Source: Burkholderiales bacterium (GTDB lineage Bacteria; Pseudomonadota; Gammaproteobacteria; Burkholderiales; SG8-39). From it: 64,000 nt of DNA. Below the pieces are notes generated by a model. It was not told the DNA's origin and did not search any database. It saw only the letters and a list, made by a program, of their open reading frames with translations. Below, in pieces: positions 26,658-35,684 of the stretch. How positions within the stretch are numbered: the first letter of the stretch is position 1; each line of letters starts with the position of its first letter. The stretch lies in NCBI GenBank assembly GCA_020848075.1, contig JADLAV010000021.1, forward strand, positions 5,421 to 69,420, read 5' to 3'. Both the position numbers and the translations under genes were made by a program.

Positions 26658-27938
26658 ATGGCCGAGGCTGCCACCGGGCAGCCGCCGCTGGAGCAGCGGC
26701 GCGGCGGCGCTGCCGCGTGGCTCGTCTGGGGCGTCGCGGTGGCCTTCGTGATCTACCTCTTCAGCTTCCAGACCGGCTATTCGATCGTGAACGCCGCGGT
26801 CCGGAAGGACGTGGGGCTCTCGGTCGTCCAGGTCGGTCTCGTCGCGGCGGCGTACACCTGGTCTTTCGCGGTGTTCCAGCTCTTCAGTGGCGCCCTGCTC
26901 GATCGACTCGGCGCGCGGCGCGTGCTGCCGCCGGCGATCGCGCTCGTGACCCTCGGCGTATTCGTGTTCGCGCACGCCGGGGCGTTCGAAACGCTGATCG
27001 CGGCCCAGCTCATCCTCGCGCTCGGGGCGTGCGCCGGCTTCGTCGGCGCGGGCTACGTGGGCGGACAGTGGTTTGGCATGGCGAACTTCAGCGTCATGTT
27101 CGGCCTGGTGCAATGCCTTGCCTCGGCGTTTTCCGCGTTCAGCCAGAACCTGATCGGCTTCGCGTTGCAGTACGCCTCGTGGCGCGAGCTGTTCGACTGG
27201 ATCGGCGCCTTCGGCATCGTGCTGCTCGGAGTCGGGCTCGCGTTCATCCGGGATCCGGCGCCGGTGCGCGGGATTCAGCACGGCATCGTCGCGTTCCTGC
27301 GAGAGGTCGTCATCGGCATCCTCGAGGTCGCCAGGATCGGCCACGTCTGGATCGCCGCAGCGTACGGCGCTCTGTGCTTCGGCGCGCTGCTCGCCGCCGG
27401 CGTCGTCTGGGCGCCGAAGCTGATTCTCGTGCGCGGCCTCCCGGAGAGCACTGCCAATCTCGCCGCATCGGTGCTCTGGCTCGGGCTCGCCGTGGGCTGC
27501 ATCCTGGTCCCTCGCTGGTCGGATGCCGTGCGGCTCCGCAAGCTGCCCGCGATGGCGGGAATCGGCCTGCAACTCGCCGCGTTGCTCGCGCTCGTTTACG
27601 CGCCGGGGCTCCCCTCGGCGGCGCTGATGGCCCTGTGGTTCCTGTTCGGGCTCGGCGCGGCCGCGCACATGCTCGCTTTCAGCGCCGCCGGGGACGTGGT
27701 CAGCCTCGACCGGATCGGCACGTCGGCGGCGATCGTGAACGGCACCATGTTTCTGGTCAGCGGGCTCCTGATCGCGCGTCCGGGGCAGATCGCAGCCGAT
27801 GCGGTCGCCGCCGGAGCGGCGGTCACGATGACCCTCGCGATGGAAGCGTTCCGTCCGCTGACATGGGGACTCGTCGCCGCCCTCGTGCTTGCGGCGCTGA
27901 TTCGAGAGTCGTACCCGCGGACTCGGGACGAGGGTTAG
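26658..27938 (+). CDS. MFS transporter (paralog 2, tandem duplicate of 25365..26639)
   Basis: 426 aa, collinear with paralog 1 (for example FQTGYSIVNAAVRKDVGLSVVQV vs VQTGYAIVNANVQKDVGLTVTQV). Confidence 0.9.
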   Translation: MAEAATGQPPLEQRRGGAAAWLVWGVAVAFVIYLFSFQTGYSIVNAAVRKDVGLSVVQVGLVAAAYTWSFAVFQLFSGALLDRLGARRVLPPAIALVTLGVFVFAHAGAFETLIAAQLILALGACAGFVGAGYVGGQWFGMANFSVMFGLVQCLASAFSAFSQNLIGFALQYASWRELFDWIGAFGIVLLGVGLAFIRDPAPVRGIQHGIVAFLREVVIGILEVARIGHVWIAAAYGALCFGALLAAGVVWAPKLILVRGLPESTANLAASVLWLGLAVGCILVPRWSDAVRLRKLPAMAGIGLQLAALLALVYAPGLPSAALMALWFLFGLGAAAHMLAFSAAGDVVSLDRIGTSAAIVNGTMFLVSGLLIARPGQIAADAVAAGAAVTMTLAMEAFRPLTWGLVAALVLAALIRESYPRTRDEG

Positions 27939-27966
27939 CCCAAGTGCAAGGAATCCGCCGCGCCGC

Positions 27967-27980
27967 TTGATCAAGCTCAA
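27967..27980. promoter_or_regulatory. FNR/Anr-type box TTGAT-CAAG-CTCAA upstream of frdCAB
   Basis: Matches TTGAT-N4-ATCAA at 9 of 10 positions. Lies 83-96 nt upstream of ATG 28063. Confidence 0.45.
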
Positions 27981-28062
27981 GCACGGATCTCGCGTCCAGG
28001 TGGAGAATTTTCGTCATGCGTGTGCTCGCCATAGCGCGGCACCGCTCACGTGAGGAGCGCGT

Positions 28063-28881
28063 ATGCAAACGGGCGCCGAAGTGATCGCAGGGGTCGGGCT
28101 CGCCGACCGGCCGAGAAAGAGCCGGTGGCCGGCGCGGATGGATCTCACGCAGAGCCTCAGCGGGCTCGTGCTCGCGCTCTTCATGTGGGGCCACATGTTC
28201 TTCGTCTCGTCGATCCTGGTGAGCAAGGACTTCATGTGGGCGATTACCAAGATGTTCGAGGGGTATTTCTTTTTCGGACGCGCCTTCCCCGGCATTGTCT
28301 CGATGGTGGTGTTCGGGGTGCTCGTGATCTTCGTGCTGCACGCGTTTCTGGCGATGCGCAAGTTCCCGGCGAACTACCGGCAGTACCGCATGTTCATCGG
28401 CCACAAGAACCTGCTCAAGCACGGGGACACGACGCTGTGGTGGGTGCAGTTCGTGACCGGTTTCGCCCTCTTCTTCCTCGCGACGGTGCACCTCTACCAG
28501 ATGCTCATGCACCCGGGCGACATCGGACCCTTCGAGTCGGCCGACCGGGTCTGGACCGGCCGGTGGTGGCCCCTCTACCTCGTCGCGCTGTTCTGCGTGG
28601 AATTGCACGGCGGCATCGGCCTCTATCGCCTCGCGGTGAAGTGGGGCTGGCTCGAGGGCAAGGACGCGGACGCGAGCCGCAAGCGGCTGAAGGCCGCGAA
28701 GTGGGTGGTGACGGCGTTCTTCCTCGTCCTGGGCGTGACTACCCTCGCCGCATACATGAAGATCGGCTATGACCGGCGCGACGACCCCGGCGGCCGTTAC
28801 ACCCCGGCATGGCTGGTGAACCCGCCGCAGGCGCCGCCGCCGTGGTGGTGGCCTTCCTGGATGAGGGAGACCCCGAAATGA
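28063..28881 (+). CDS. frdC: Dihaem cytochrome b membrane anchor of a type-B succinate:quinone oxidoreductase / fumarate reductase
   Basis: 272 aa with 5 hydrophobic segments and conserved His. Gene order C-A-B as in Wolinella/Bacillus-type enzymes. GAGGAG SD. Confidence 0.8.
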   Translation: MQTGAEVIAGVGLADRPRKSRWPARMDLTQSLSGLVLALFMWGHMFFVSSILVSKDFMWAITKMFEGYFFFGRAFPGIVSMVVFGVLVIFVLHAFLAMRKFPANYRQYRMFIGHKNLLKHGDTTLWWVQFVTGFALFFLATVHLYQMLMHPGDIGPFESADRVWTGRWWPLYLVALFCVELHGGIGLYRLAVKWGWLEGKDADASRKRLKAAKWVVTAFFLVLGVTTLAAYMKIGYDRRDDPGGRYTPAWLVNPPQAPPPWWWPSWMRETPK

Positions 28882-30884
28882 ACGTCGTCTACACCGACGT
28901 CCTGGTGATCGGGGGCGGGCTCGCCGGACTGCGCATGGCGATCGGAGCGAAGCGGCGCGGCCACGCCGCGATCATCCTGTCGCTCGTGCCGGCGAAGCGC
29001 TCGCACTCCAAGGCTGCCCAGGGCGGCATGCAGGCGAGCCTCGGGAACGTGATCAAGGGGCAGGGCGACAACGAGGACGTCCACTTCGAGGACACGGTGC
29101 GCGGCTCCGACTGGGGCGCCGACCAGGACGTGGTACGGATGTTCGTGAACACCGCGCCGAAGGCGGTGCGCGAGCTCGCCGCGTGGGGCGTGCCGTGGAG
29201 CCGGGTGCGCAGGGGCGACCGCGACGTCATCATCAACGGCCAGAAGGTCACGATCACCGAGCGCGACGAGGCGCACGGCACGGTCGCGCAGCGCGACTTC
29301 GGCGGCACCAAGAAGTGGCGCACCTGCTACGTGTCCGACGGGACCGGCCACGCGATGATCAACACGGTCGCGGACCGCGCGATCGCGGAGGCGATCCCGG
29401 TGCACGAGCGCACCGAGGCGCTGGCGCTGATCCACGACGGCGGACGCTGCTATGGGGCGATCGTCCGCGACCTGGTCACCGGCGCGCTCGTCGCGTACGT
29501 GGCGAAGGCGACCGCGATCGCCACCGGCGGGGCGGGACGTCTCTACCGCGTCACCACCAATGCGGTCATCTGCGAAGGCATGGGCCACGCCATCGCCCTG
29601 GAAACCGGGGTGGCCGCGCTCGGCAACATGGAGGCGGTGCAGTTCCACCCGACCGGCATCTTCCCGGCGGGCATCCTCGTCACCGAGGGCTGCCGCGGCG
29701 ATGGCGGGCTGCTGAAGGACGTGGACGGCCACCGCTTCATGCCCGACTACGAGCCGGAGAAAAAGGAGCTCGCCTCGCGCGACGTGGTGTCGCGCCGGAT
29801 GGAGGAGCACATCCACAAGGGCAAGGGCGTCAAGAGCCGCTTCGGCGAGCACATCTGGCTCGACATCACGCTGCTCGGCGAGCACCACATCAAGCACAAC
29901 CTGCGCGAGGTGTACGAGATCTGCCACTACTTCCTCGGGCTGGATCCGACGAAGGAGATGATCCCGGTGCGCCCGGCGCAGCACTACACGATGGGTGGCG
30001 TGCGCACCGATTACACCGGCGAGAGCCCGACGCTGAAAGGCCTCTTCGCCGCGGGCGAGGCGGCGTGCTGGGACATGCACGGCTTCAACCGGCTCGGGGG
30101 GAACTCGGTGGCCGAGACCGTCGTCGCGGGGATGATCGTCGGCGAGTTCATCGGCGACTTCTGCGACCGGCCCGAGAACGCGGCAGCCGTGCCGATGGGG
30201 CTCGTGCGCGAGTTCCTCGACCGCGAGCGGGCGAAGCTCGACGCGATGCTCTCCGGCAAGGGCGCCGAGGACGCCACCGCGCTGCGCGTGGCGATGCAGG
30301 AGATCATGACCGCGCAGGTCGGCATCTTCCGCATCGGAGGCGATCTCGAGCGGGCGGTCGACTCGCTGCAGAAGCTGCTGGTGCGCAGCCGCAACATCGG
30401 GCTGCGTTACCGGGCGCGCGGGGCCAACCCGGAGCTCGTCGCCGGCTACCGCGTCCAGAAGATGCTGAAGGTCGCGGTCGCGATCGCCTACGGCGCGCTC
30501 ACCCGCACCGAGAGCCGCGGCGCGCATTCCCGCCAGGACTTCCCGCGGCGCAACGACGCCGAGTGGCTCAGGCGCACGCTCGCGACCTGGAAGAGCGAGA
30601 ACGACACGCTGCCGACGCTCGCCTACGAGCCGCTCGACGTGAGGAAGATGGAGCTGCCGCCGGGCTGGCGCGGCTACGGGTCGAAGGACTACGTCGATCA
30701 CCCCGACACCCCGGGCCGCGTGGCGGAGGTGGACGCGATCCGGAAGCAGGCCGGGCTCGACCGGTTCGCGCTCCAGGCGAAGCTCATGCCCTACGAGCAC
30801 CTGCTGCCCGCGCGCTTCCGCGGGCAGAACGAGCGCATCGACGAGCGTTTTCCGCAAGCCGTCGCGAAGAGGGCCGCATCGTGA
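28878..30884 (+). CDS. frdA: Fumarate reductase / succinate dehydrogenase flavoprotein subunit
   Basis: Trimmed to ATG 28878 (ATGA overlap). [21 protein letters not shown] (FAD fold), SHSKAAQGG (His for covalent FAD), HPTG, RLGGNS. Confidence 0.93.
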   Translation: MNVVYTDVLVIGGGLAGLRMAIGAKRRGHAAIILSLVPAKRSHSKAAQGGMQASLGNVIKGQGDNEDVHFEDTVRGSDWGADQDVVRMFVNTAPKAVRELAAWGVPWSRVRRGDRDVIINGQKVTITERDEAHGTVAQRDFGGTKKWRTCYVSDGTGHAMINTVADRAIAEAIPVHERTEALALIHDGGRCYGAIVRDLVTGALVAYVAKATAIATGGAGRLYRVTTNAVICEGMGHAIALETGVAALGNMEAVQFHPTGIFPAGILVTEGCRGDGGLLKDVDGHRFMPDYEPEKKELASRDVVSRRMEEHIHKGKGVKSRFGEHIWLDITLLGEHHIKHNLREVYEICHYFLGLDPTKEMIPVRPAQHYTMGGVRTDYTGESPTLKGLFAAGEAACWDMHGFNRLGGNSVAETVVAGMIVGEFIGDFCDRPENAAAVPMGLVREFLDRERAKLDAMLSGKGAEDATALRVAMQEIMTAQVGIFRIGGDLERAVDSLQKLLVRSRNIGLRYRARGANPELVAGYRVQKMLKVAVAIAYGALTRTESRGAHSRQDFPRRNDAEWLRRTLATWKSENDTLPTLAYEPLDVRKMELPPGWRGYGSKDYVDHPDTPGRVAEVDAIRKQAGLDRFALQAKLMPYEHLLPARFRGQNERIDERFPQAVAKRAAS

Positions 30885-31618
30885 CCAACGGCGAGCACCG
30901 CAAGCTCAAGATCAGCTGCCTGCGCTACAACCCGCAGGAGCCCGGGGCCGCGCCGCGCATGCAGACCTACGAGCTCGAGGAGGCGGACGGCATGACGCTC
31001 TTCATCGCGCTCAACGAGATCCGCGAGAAACAGGACGCGTCGCTGCAGTTCGATTTCGTCTGCCGCGCCGGCATCTGCGGCAGCTGCGCGATGATGATCA
31101 ACGGCCGGCCGGGCCTCGCCTGTCGCACGCAGACGAAGGACCTGCCGGCGTCGTTCACCCTCGCGCCGCTGCCGGTGTTCGAGCTGATCGCGGACCTCTC
31201 GGTGAACACCGGCAAGTGGATGCGCGCGATGAGCGAGCGGTTGCAGACCTGGGTGCACATGAAGTCGGCCGAGGTCGATCTCAAGCGCATCGAGGAGCGC
31301 ATGGAGCCCGAGCTCGCCGAGGAGATCTACCTCCTCGACCGCTGCATCGAATGCGGTTGCTGCGTGGCCGGCTGCGGGTCCGCGCGCATGCGGGAGGACT
31401 TCATCGGCGCGGTCGGCATCAACAAGATCGCGCGCTTCCGCCTCGATCCGCGTGATGCGCGCACCGACGGGGACTATTACGAGGTGATCGGCGACGACAG
31501 CGGCGTCTTCGGCTGCATGTCGCTGCTCGCCTGCCACGACGTCTGCCCGAAGGACCTGCCGTTGCAGACGCAGCTCGCGTTCATCCGCCGCAAGATGGCC
31601 GCGCTGGGGTGGAAGTAG
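30881..31618 (+). CDS. frdB: Fumarate reductase / succinate dehydrogenase iron-sulfur subunit
   Basis: GTG 30881 (GTGA overlap). [29 protein letters not shown] cluster motifs. Confidence 0.9.
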   Translation: MTNGEHRKLKISCLRYNPQEPGAAPRMQTYELEEADGMTLFIALNEIREKQDASLQFDFVCRAGICGSCAMMINGRPGLACRTQTKDLPASFTLAPLPVFELIADLSVNTGKWMRAMSERLQTWVHMKSAEVDLKRIEERMEPELAEEIYLLDRCIECGCCVAGCGSARMREDFIGAVGINKIARFRLDPRDARTDGDYYEVIGDDSGVFGCMSLLACHDVCPKDLPLQTQLAFIRRKMAALGWK

Positions 31619-31643
31619 GCCATGCGGGGTTAGGAGAACAGCG

Positions 31644-33095
31644 ATGAACATCTGGTGGAAGGCCGGGCTACCCGTCGCTGTCGCCGTCGTCCTCGCGCTC
31701 ATTCCCCCGCCCGCAGGGCTGCCGCAGCATGCCTGGTACTACTTCGCGATCTTCGCCGGCGTCATCATCGGCCTGATGTTCGAGCCGCTGCCCGGCGGGG
31801 CGATCGGGCTGATCGGGATCACGCTCGTCGTCGTGCTCGCGAACCATGTCTATCTCTCTCCGGAGCAGGTGGCGAAGGCCGGGTCCAAATGGCCGGCAGA
31901 GGCGATCCGGTGGGGGCTGTCGGGCTTCTCGAACACCACGGTGTGGCTGATCTTCGGCGCCTTCATGTTCGCCATGGGCTACGAGAAGACCGGGCTCGGA
32001 CGGCGCATCGCGCTCCTGCTCGTCAGGGCGATGGGCCGCAAGACCCTCACGCTGGGCTACGCGATCACCGTCGCCGATGTGATCCTCGCGCCGTTCACGC
32101 CCTCCAATACGGCGCGCAGCGGCGGGACGATCTTCCCGGTGATCAAGAACCTGCCGCCGCTGTACGACTCGAAGCCGAACGACCCGTCGGCCCGGCGCAT
32201 CGGCGGCTACCTCATGTGGACCGCGCTCGCCGCCACCTGCGTCACGAGCTCGATGTTCCTCACCGCGCTCGCCCCCAACCTGCTCGCGCTCGAGCTCGCC
32301 CAGAAGACCGTGAAAATCGAGTACAGCTGGATGCAGTGGTTCGCCGCGTTCGCGCCGGTCGGCATCCTGCTCCTCATCGCGGTGCCGCTGCTCGCGTACT
32401 TCCTGTACCCGCCCGAGGTGAAGTCGGGCGAGGAGGTGCCGAAGTGGGCCGGGGGCGAGCTCGCGAAGATGGGCCCGGTGACACCGCGCGAGTGGACCCT
32501 CGCGATCCTGGTCGTGGTGGCGCTGTCGCTGTGGATCTTCGGCGGCGCCTACGTCGACGCCACGACGGCGGCGCTCATCGTGATCGCCCTGATGCTCGTC
32601 GCCGGGGTCGTGACATGGGAGGACGTCACCGCGAACAAGCAGGCGTGGAACACGCTCGCCTGGTTCGCGACGCTAGTCGCGCTCGCCGACGGCCTGAATC
32701 GCGTCGGCTTCGTGAAGTGGCTCGCCGACGTGATCGCCGGGCACATGGCCGGCGTCCCGCCGATCGCCGCGATGATCGTCCTCGTCCTGGTGTTCTACTT
32801 CCTGCACTACATGTTCGCGAGCGTTACCGCGCACGTGACCGCGCTCCTGCCGGTGATGCTCACCGTCGGCTCGACGGTGCCGGGAATGCCGATGCAGCAG
32901 TTCGCGGGGGCACTGCTCCTCACCCTCGGGATCATGGGCATCCTCACCCCGTACGCCACCGGCCCGAGCCCGGTCTACTACGGCAGCGGGTACATCCCGT
33001 CGGGCAAGTTCTGGCAGCTCGGCGCGATCTTCGGGGTCATCTACATCGTGGCGCTGCTCGTGATCGGATTGCCGTGGGTGGCCGTGCGGGGGTGA
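31644..33095 (+). CDS. DASS-family anion:cation symporter/antiporter (CitT/TtdT/2-oxoglutarate-malate translocator-like)
   Basis: 483 aa. AGGAGA SD. FTPSNTARSGG and GPSPVYYGSG motifs typical of this family. Confidence 0.88.
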   Translation: MNIWWKAGLPVAVAVVLALIPPPAGLPQHAWYYFAIFAGVIIGLMFEPLPGGAIGLIGITLVVVLANHVYLSPEQVAKAGSKWPAEAIRWGLSGFSNTTVWLIFGAFMFAMGYEKTGLGRRIALLLVRAMGRKTLTLGYAITVADVILAPFTPSNTARSGGTIFPVIKNLPPLYDSKPNDPSARRIGGYLMWTALAATCVTSSMFLTALAPNLLALELAQKTVKIEYSWMQWFAAFAPVGILLLIAVPLLAYFLYPPEVKSGEEVPKWAGGELAKMGPVTPREWTLAILVVVALSLWIFGGAYVDATTAALIVIALMLVAGVVTWEDVTANKQAWNTLAWFATLVALADGLNRVGFVKWLADVIAGHMAGVPPIAAMIVLVLVFYFLHYMFASVTAHVTALLPVMLTVGSTVPGMPMQQFAGALLLTLGIMGILTPYATGPSPVYYGSGYIPSGKFWQLGAIFGVIYIVALLVIGLPWVAVRG

Positions 33096-33181
33096 GCCCG
33101 CGCCGGCGTCCGACGTCCCGCGCGGCGCGAGTGAGCGAGCCGGCCGTGACGCGCGAGACCGGGACCGACGCGTCCGCCGCG

Positions 33182-34702
33182 ATGGCCGTTCGCCGCGCCG
33201 GCCTGGCGCTCGGGCCGCTCCTCGCGGCGGCATGTTATGTGGCGCTGCCGCTCGAATTTGCCGAGGCGGCCGGCAAGGCGGTGCCGCTCACCCATGCCGG
33301 GCGCGCGACCCTCGCGATGATGGTCTGGATGGCCATCTGGTGGATGACCGAGGCGGTCGAAATCGAGGTGACGTCGCTGCTGCCGATCCTCGCGTTCCCG
33401 CTCCTCGGCGTGATGCCGCTCGCGGCGACCACCGCGAACTACGGCGCTGACGTGATCTTCCTCTTCGTCGGCGGCTTCGTGCTGGCGCTCGCGATCCAGC
33501 GCTGGGGCCTCGACCGCCGCATCGCGTTCCTGACGCTGCGGCTCGTGGGATCGCGTCCCTCGGCGATCGTCGCCGGCTTCATGGGGGCGACCGCATTTCT
33601 CAGCATGTGGGTGTCCAACACGGCCACGGCCGCGATGATGGTCCCCATCGCCCTCTCCGTGGTCGACCTCGCGCTCAAGCGGCGCACGGGAAAGACGCTG
33701 CGCGAGCTCGGCGCGATCCCGCAGGAGGACATCGACGAGCGGAACTTCGCGCTGTCGCTCCTGCTTTGCATCGCCTACGCCGCGTCGATCGGCGGGGTCG
33801 CCACCATCATCGGCACGCCGCCGAACGGGATCCTGGTGCGCTTCATGGCGCAGACCTACGGCGTCGAGGTCTCGTTCGCGAAGTGGATGATCTTCGGTGT
33901 GCCGCTGATGCTGGTCTTCCTGCCGCTCACTTGGTGGATCACCACCCGAGTCCTTTTTCCGACGCGGGTCGGCGAAATCCAGGGCGGGCGCGCGTACGTC
34001 GAGGCGGAGTACCGCAAGCTGGGCCCATTGAACCACGGCGAGCGCGCGACGCTCGCAGTGTTCGCGGTCACGGCCTTCCTGTGGACCTTCCGGCCGCTGC
34101 TCGCGCAGATCGACATCGGCGGCGTCGCGCCGCTCAAGCACCTCTCGGACACCGGCATTGCGGTGGGCGCCGCGATCGCGCTGTTTCTCTTCCCTCTCGA
34201 CCGGAAGCGACGCCTCTTCGTCATGGACTGGGCGACGGCGGTCAAACTCCCGTGGGGCGTCCTCGTCCTGTTCGGCGGCGGACTCGCCCTTGCCGCGGCC
34301 ACCGAGGCGAATGGCGTCGCCGCCTTCATCGGCAGCTACGCGCGGGGCCTCGGCGGCTGGCCGACGCTTGCCGTGATCGCGACGGTCGTGGCGCTCACCG
34401 TCTTTCTCTCGGAGTTCACCTCCAACACGGCGCAGGTGGCTACCATGCTTCCCATCATGGCCGCGCTCGCGCCGGTGCTCGGCGTGCCGCCAGGGCTGCT
34501 GCTCCTGCCCTGCACCCTCGCGGCAAGCTTGGCGTTCATGATGCCGGTGGGCACGCCGCCGAACGCAATCGTGTTCGGCACCGGCCTTGTGACCATCCCG
34601 CAGATGGTCCGCGCCGGTTTTCTCCTCAACCTGGCGGGGATCGCGATCGTGACCGCCTTCGCGTGGCTCCTCATCGGCCCGATGCTCGCGGCGAGGCAAT
34701 GA
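33182..34702 (+). CDS. DASS/SLC13-family dicarboxylate (or sulfate) symporter (SdcS/NadC-like)
   Basis: In-frame tail of ORF 31655..34702. ATG 33182 (GTG 33131 is an alternative). SNTATAAMM and SNTAQVATMLP hairpin motifs. Confidence 0.88.
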   Translation: MAVRRAGLALGPLLAAACYVALPLEFAEAAGKAVPLTHAGRATLAMMVWMAIWWMTEAVEIEVTSLLPILAFPLLGVMPLAATTANYGADVIFLFVGGFVLALAIQRWGLDRRIAFLTLRLVGSRPSAIVAGFMGATAFLSMWVSNTATAAMMVPIALSVVDLALKRRTGKTLRELGAIPQEDIDERNFALSLLLCIAYAASIGGVATIIGTPPNGILVRFMAQTYGVEVSFAKWMIFGVPLMLVFLPLTWWITTRVLFPTRVGEIQGGRAYVEAEYRKLGPLNHGERATLAVFAVTAFLWTFRPLLAQIDIGGVAPLKHLSDTGIAVGAAIALFLFPLDRKRRLFVMDWATAVKLPWGVLVLFGGGLALAAATEANGVAAFIGSYARGLGGWPTLAVIATVVALTVFLSEFTSNTAQVATMLPIMAALAPVLGVPPGLLLLPCTLAASLAFMMPVGTPPNAIVFGTGLVTIPQMVRAGFLLNLAGIAIVTAFAWLLIGPMLAARQ

Positions 34703-34870
34703 CGCGGCATGACTCGAGGTGCGAGTTGTGGCAGGGGTCCTGCTCACCGCTCGCGGTTGCTTCGCGTCGTCGCCAGCGCCCGAGCGAGCGGCGTCTTCGG
34801 GACGAGATCGCCGTACCCGATCCGGCGTGCCGAGCGCCCCGGAAAGCAAGCGTACCCGGAGGGGGGGTTA

Positions 34871-34892
34871 GAATCCTACTTTGGTGGGATTT
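34871..34892 (+). repeat. 22-bp palindrome family, copy b: GAATCCTAC-TTTG-GTGGGATTT
   Basis: Read directly from the sequence. Lies 214 nt upstream of TTG 35106. Confidence 0.9.
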
Positions 34893-34955
34893 CGTCTGGC
34901 CACCCGGAGAAAGCAGGATGTCGCCGGGGGAGGACGCTTAGGACGCTCTGATTAA

Positions 34956-35078
34956 GTCATTCCCGCGAAGCCTACCCCCGAATGCCGTGATCGGGGGGCG
35001 GGCATCCAGCAACTCGTTGATTGCGCGCGAGCTGGATTCCCGCTTTCGCGGGAATGACAGGGTTCTTCAGAGGTTCCC
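34956..35078. repeat. REP/MITE-like element, copy 3 (full length, with terminal inverted repeats)
   Basis: GTCATTCCCGCGAAGC at 34956 and GCTTTCGCGGGAATGAC ending at 35058 are inverted repeats. The 3' 80 bp aligns with copy 1. Confidence 0.85.
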
Positions 35079-35105
35079 TGAGCATCAGATCTGACGGGGG
35101 GATAC

Positions 35106-35684
35106 TTGAAAGGGCGGTTTTCTCGTCGACCGGCGCGTGGCGCGGTTCGACTACTAGGTTGTGCGGCTGCGGCCCTCGCCAGCTCCACGGCCCGCGCCGC
35201 ATTCCTGTCGGGCGAGGCGCTCGACACCGCCGCCGACGTGCTCACGATCATCGTCCTGATCGTGGTGCCGGTGATCGGGATCGCCGTATTCTGGCTGGTT
35301 CACGTTCTGCCCGAGAAGATCGCGCACAAGCGTCACCACCCGCAGCGCGACGCGATCCAGACGCTCTGCCTGCTCTCGCTCGTCTTCGGCGGCCTGCTGT
35401 GGCCGATCGCGTGGCTGTGGGCCTATACGAAGCCCGTCGCGTACCGGGTCGCCTACGGCACCGACAAGCACGAGGACTACTTCGCGGAGATGGCCGAGAA
35501 GCACCGCGAAGGCGTGCTGGTGCAGGAGGAGATCGACCACTTGCGGGCAGATCTCGAGGCCATGGCGGCGCGGGGCGGCCTGTCGCCGAATCTCCAGCGC
35601 CTCAAGGACGAGCTCGGCAGGGTCGGCGCCGGCGAGACCGCGGCGCGTGCGCCGGCCGCGACGGACGAGGAAGGCCGGGCGTAA
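35106..35684 (+). CDS. DUF3302-family inner-membrane protein (YiaW-like)
   Basis: 192 aa, TTG start. IIVLIVVPVIGIAVFWLVHVLPEKIAHKRHHPQRDAIQTLCLLSLVFGGLLWPIAWLWA matches the YiaW-type core as I recall it. Confidence 0.75.
   Translation: MKGRFSRRPARGAVRLLGCAAAALASSTARAAFLSGEALDTAADVLTIIVLIVVPVIGIAVFWLVHVLPEKIAHKRHHPQRDAIQTLCLLSLVFGGLLWPIAWLWAYTKPVAYRVAYGTDKHEDYFAEMAEKHREGVLVQEEIDHLRADLEAMAARGGLSPNLQRLKDELGRVGAGETAARAPAATDEEGRA

Noticed and set aside
31655-34702. 1015-aa ORF suggesting one giant fused transporter
   Set aside because: The first ~500 residues are an out-of-frame shadow over the first DASS gene (Arg/Pro/Gly-rich). Only the part from 33182 (or 33131) onward is a genuine SLC13/DASS protein.
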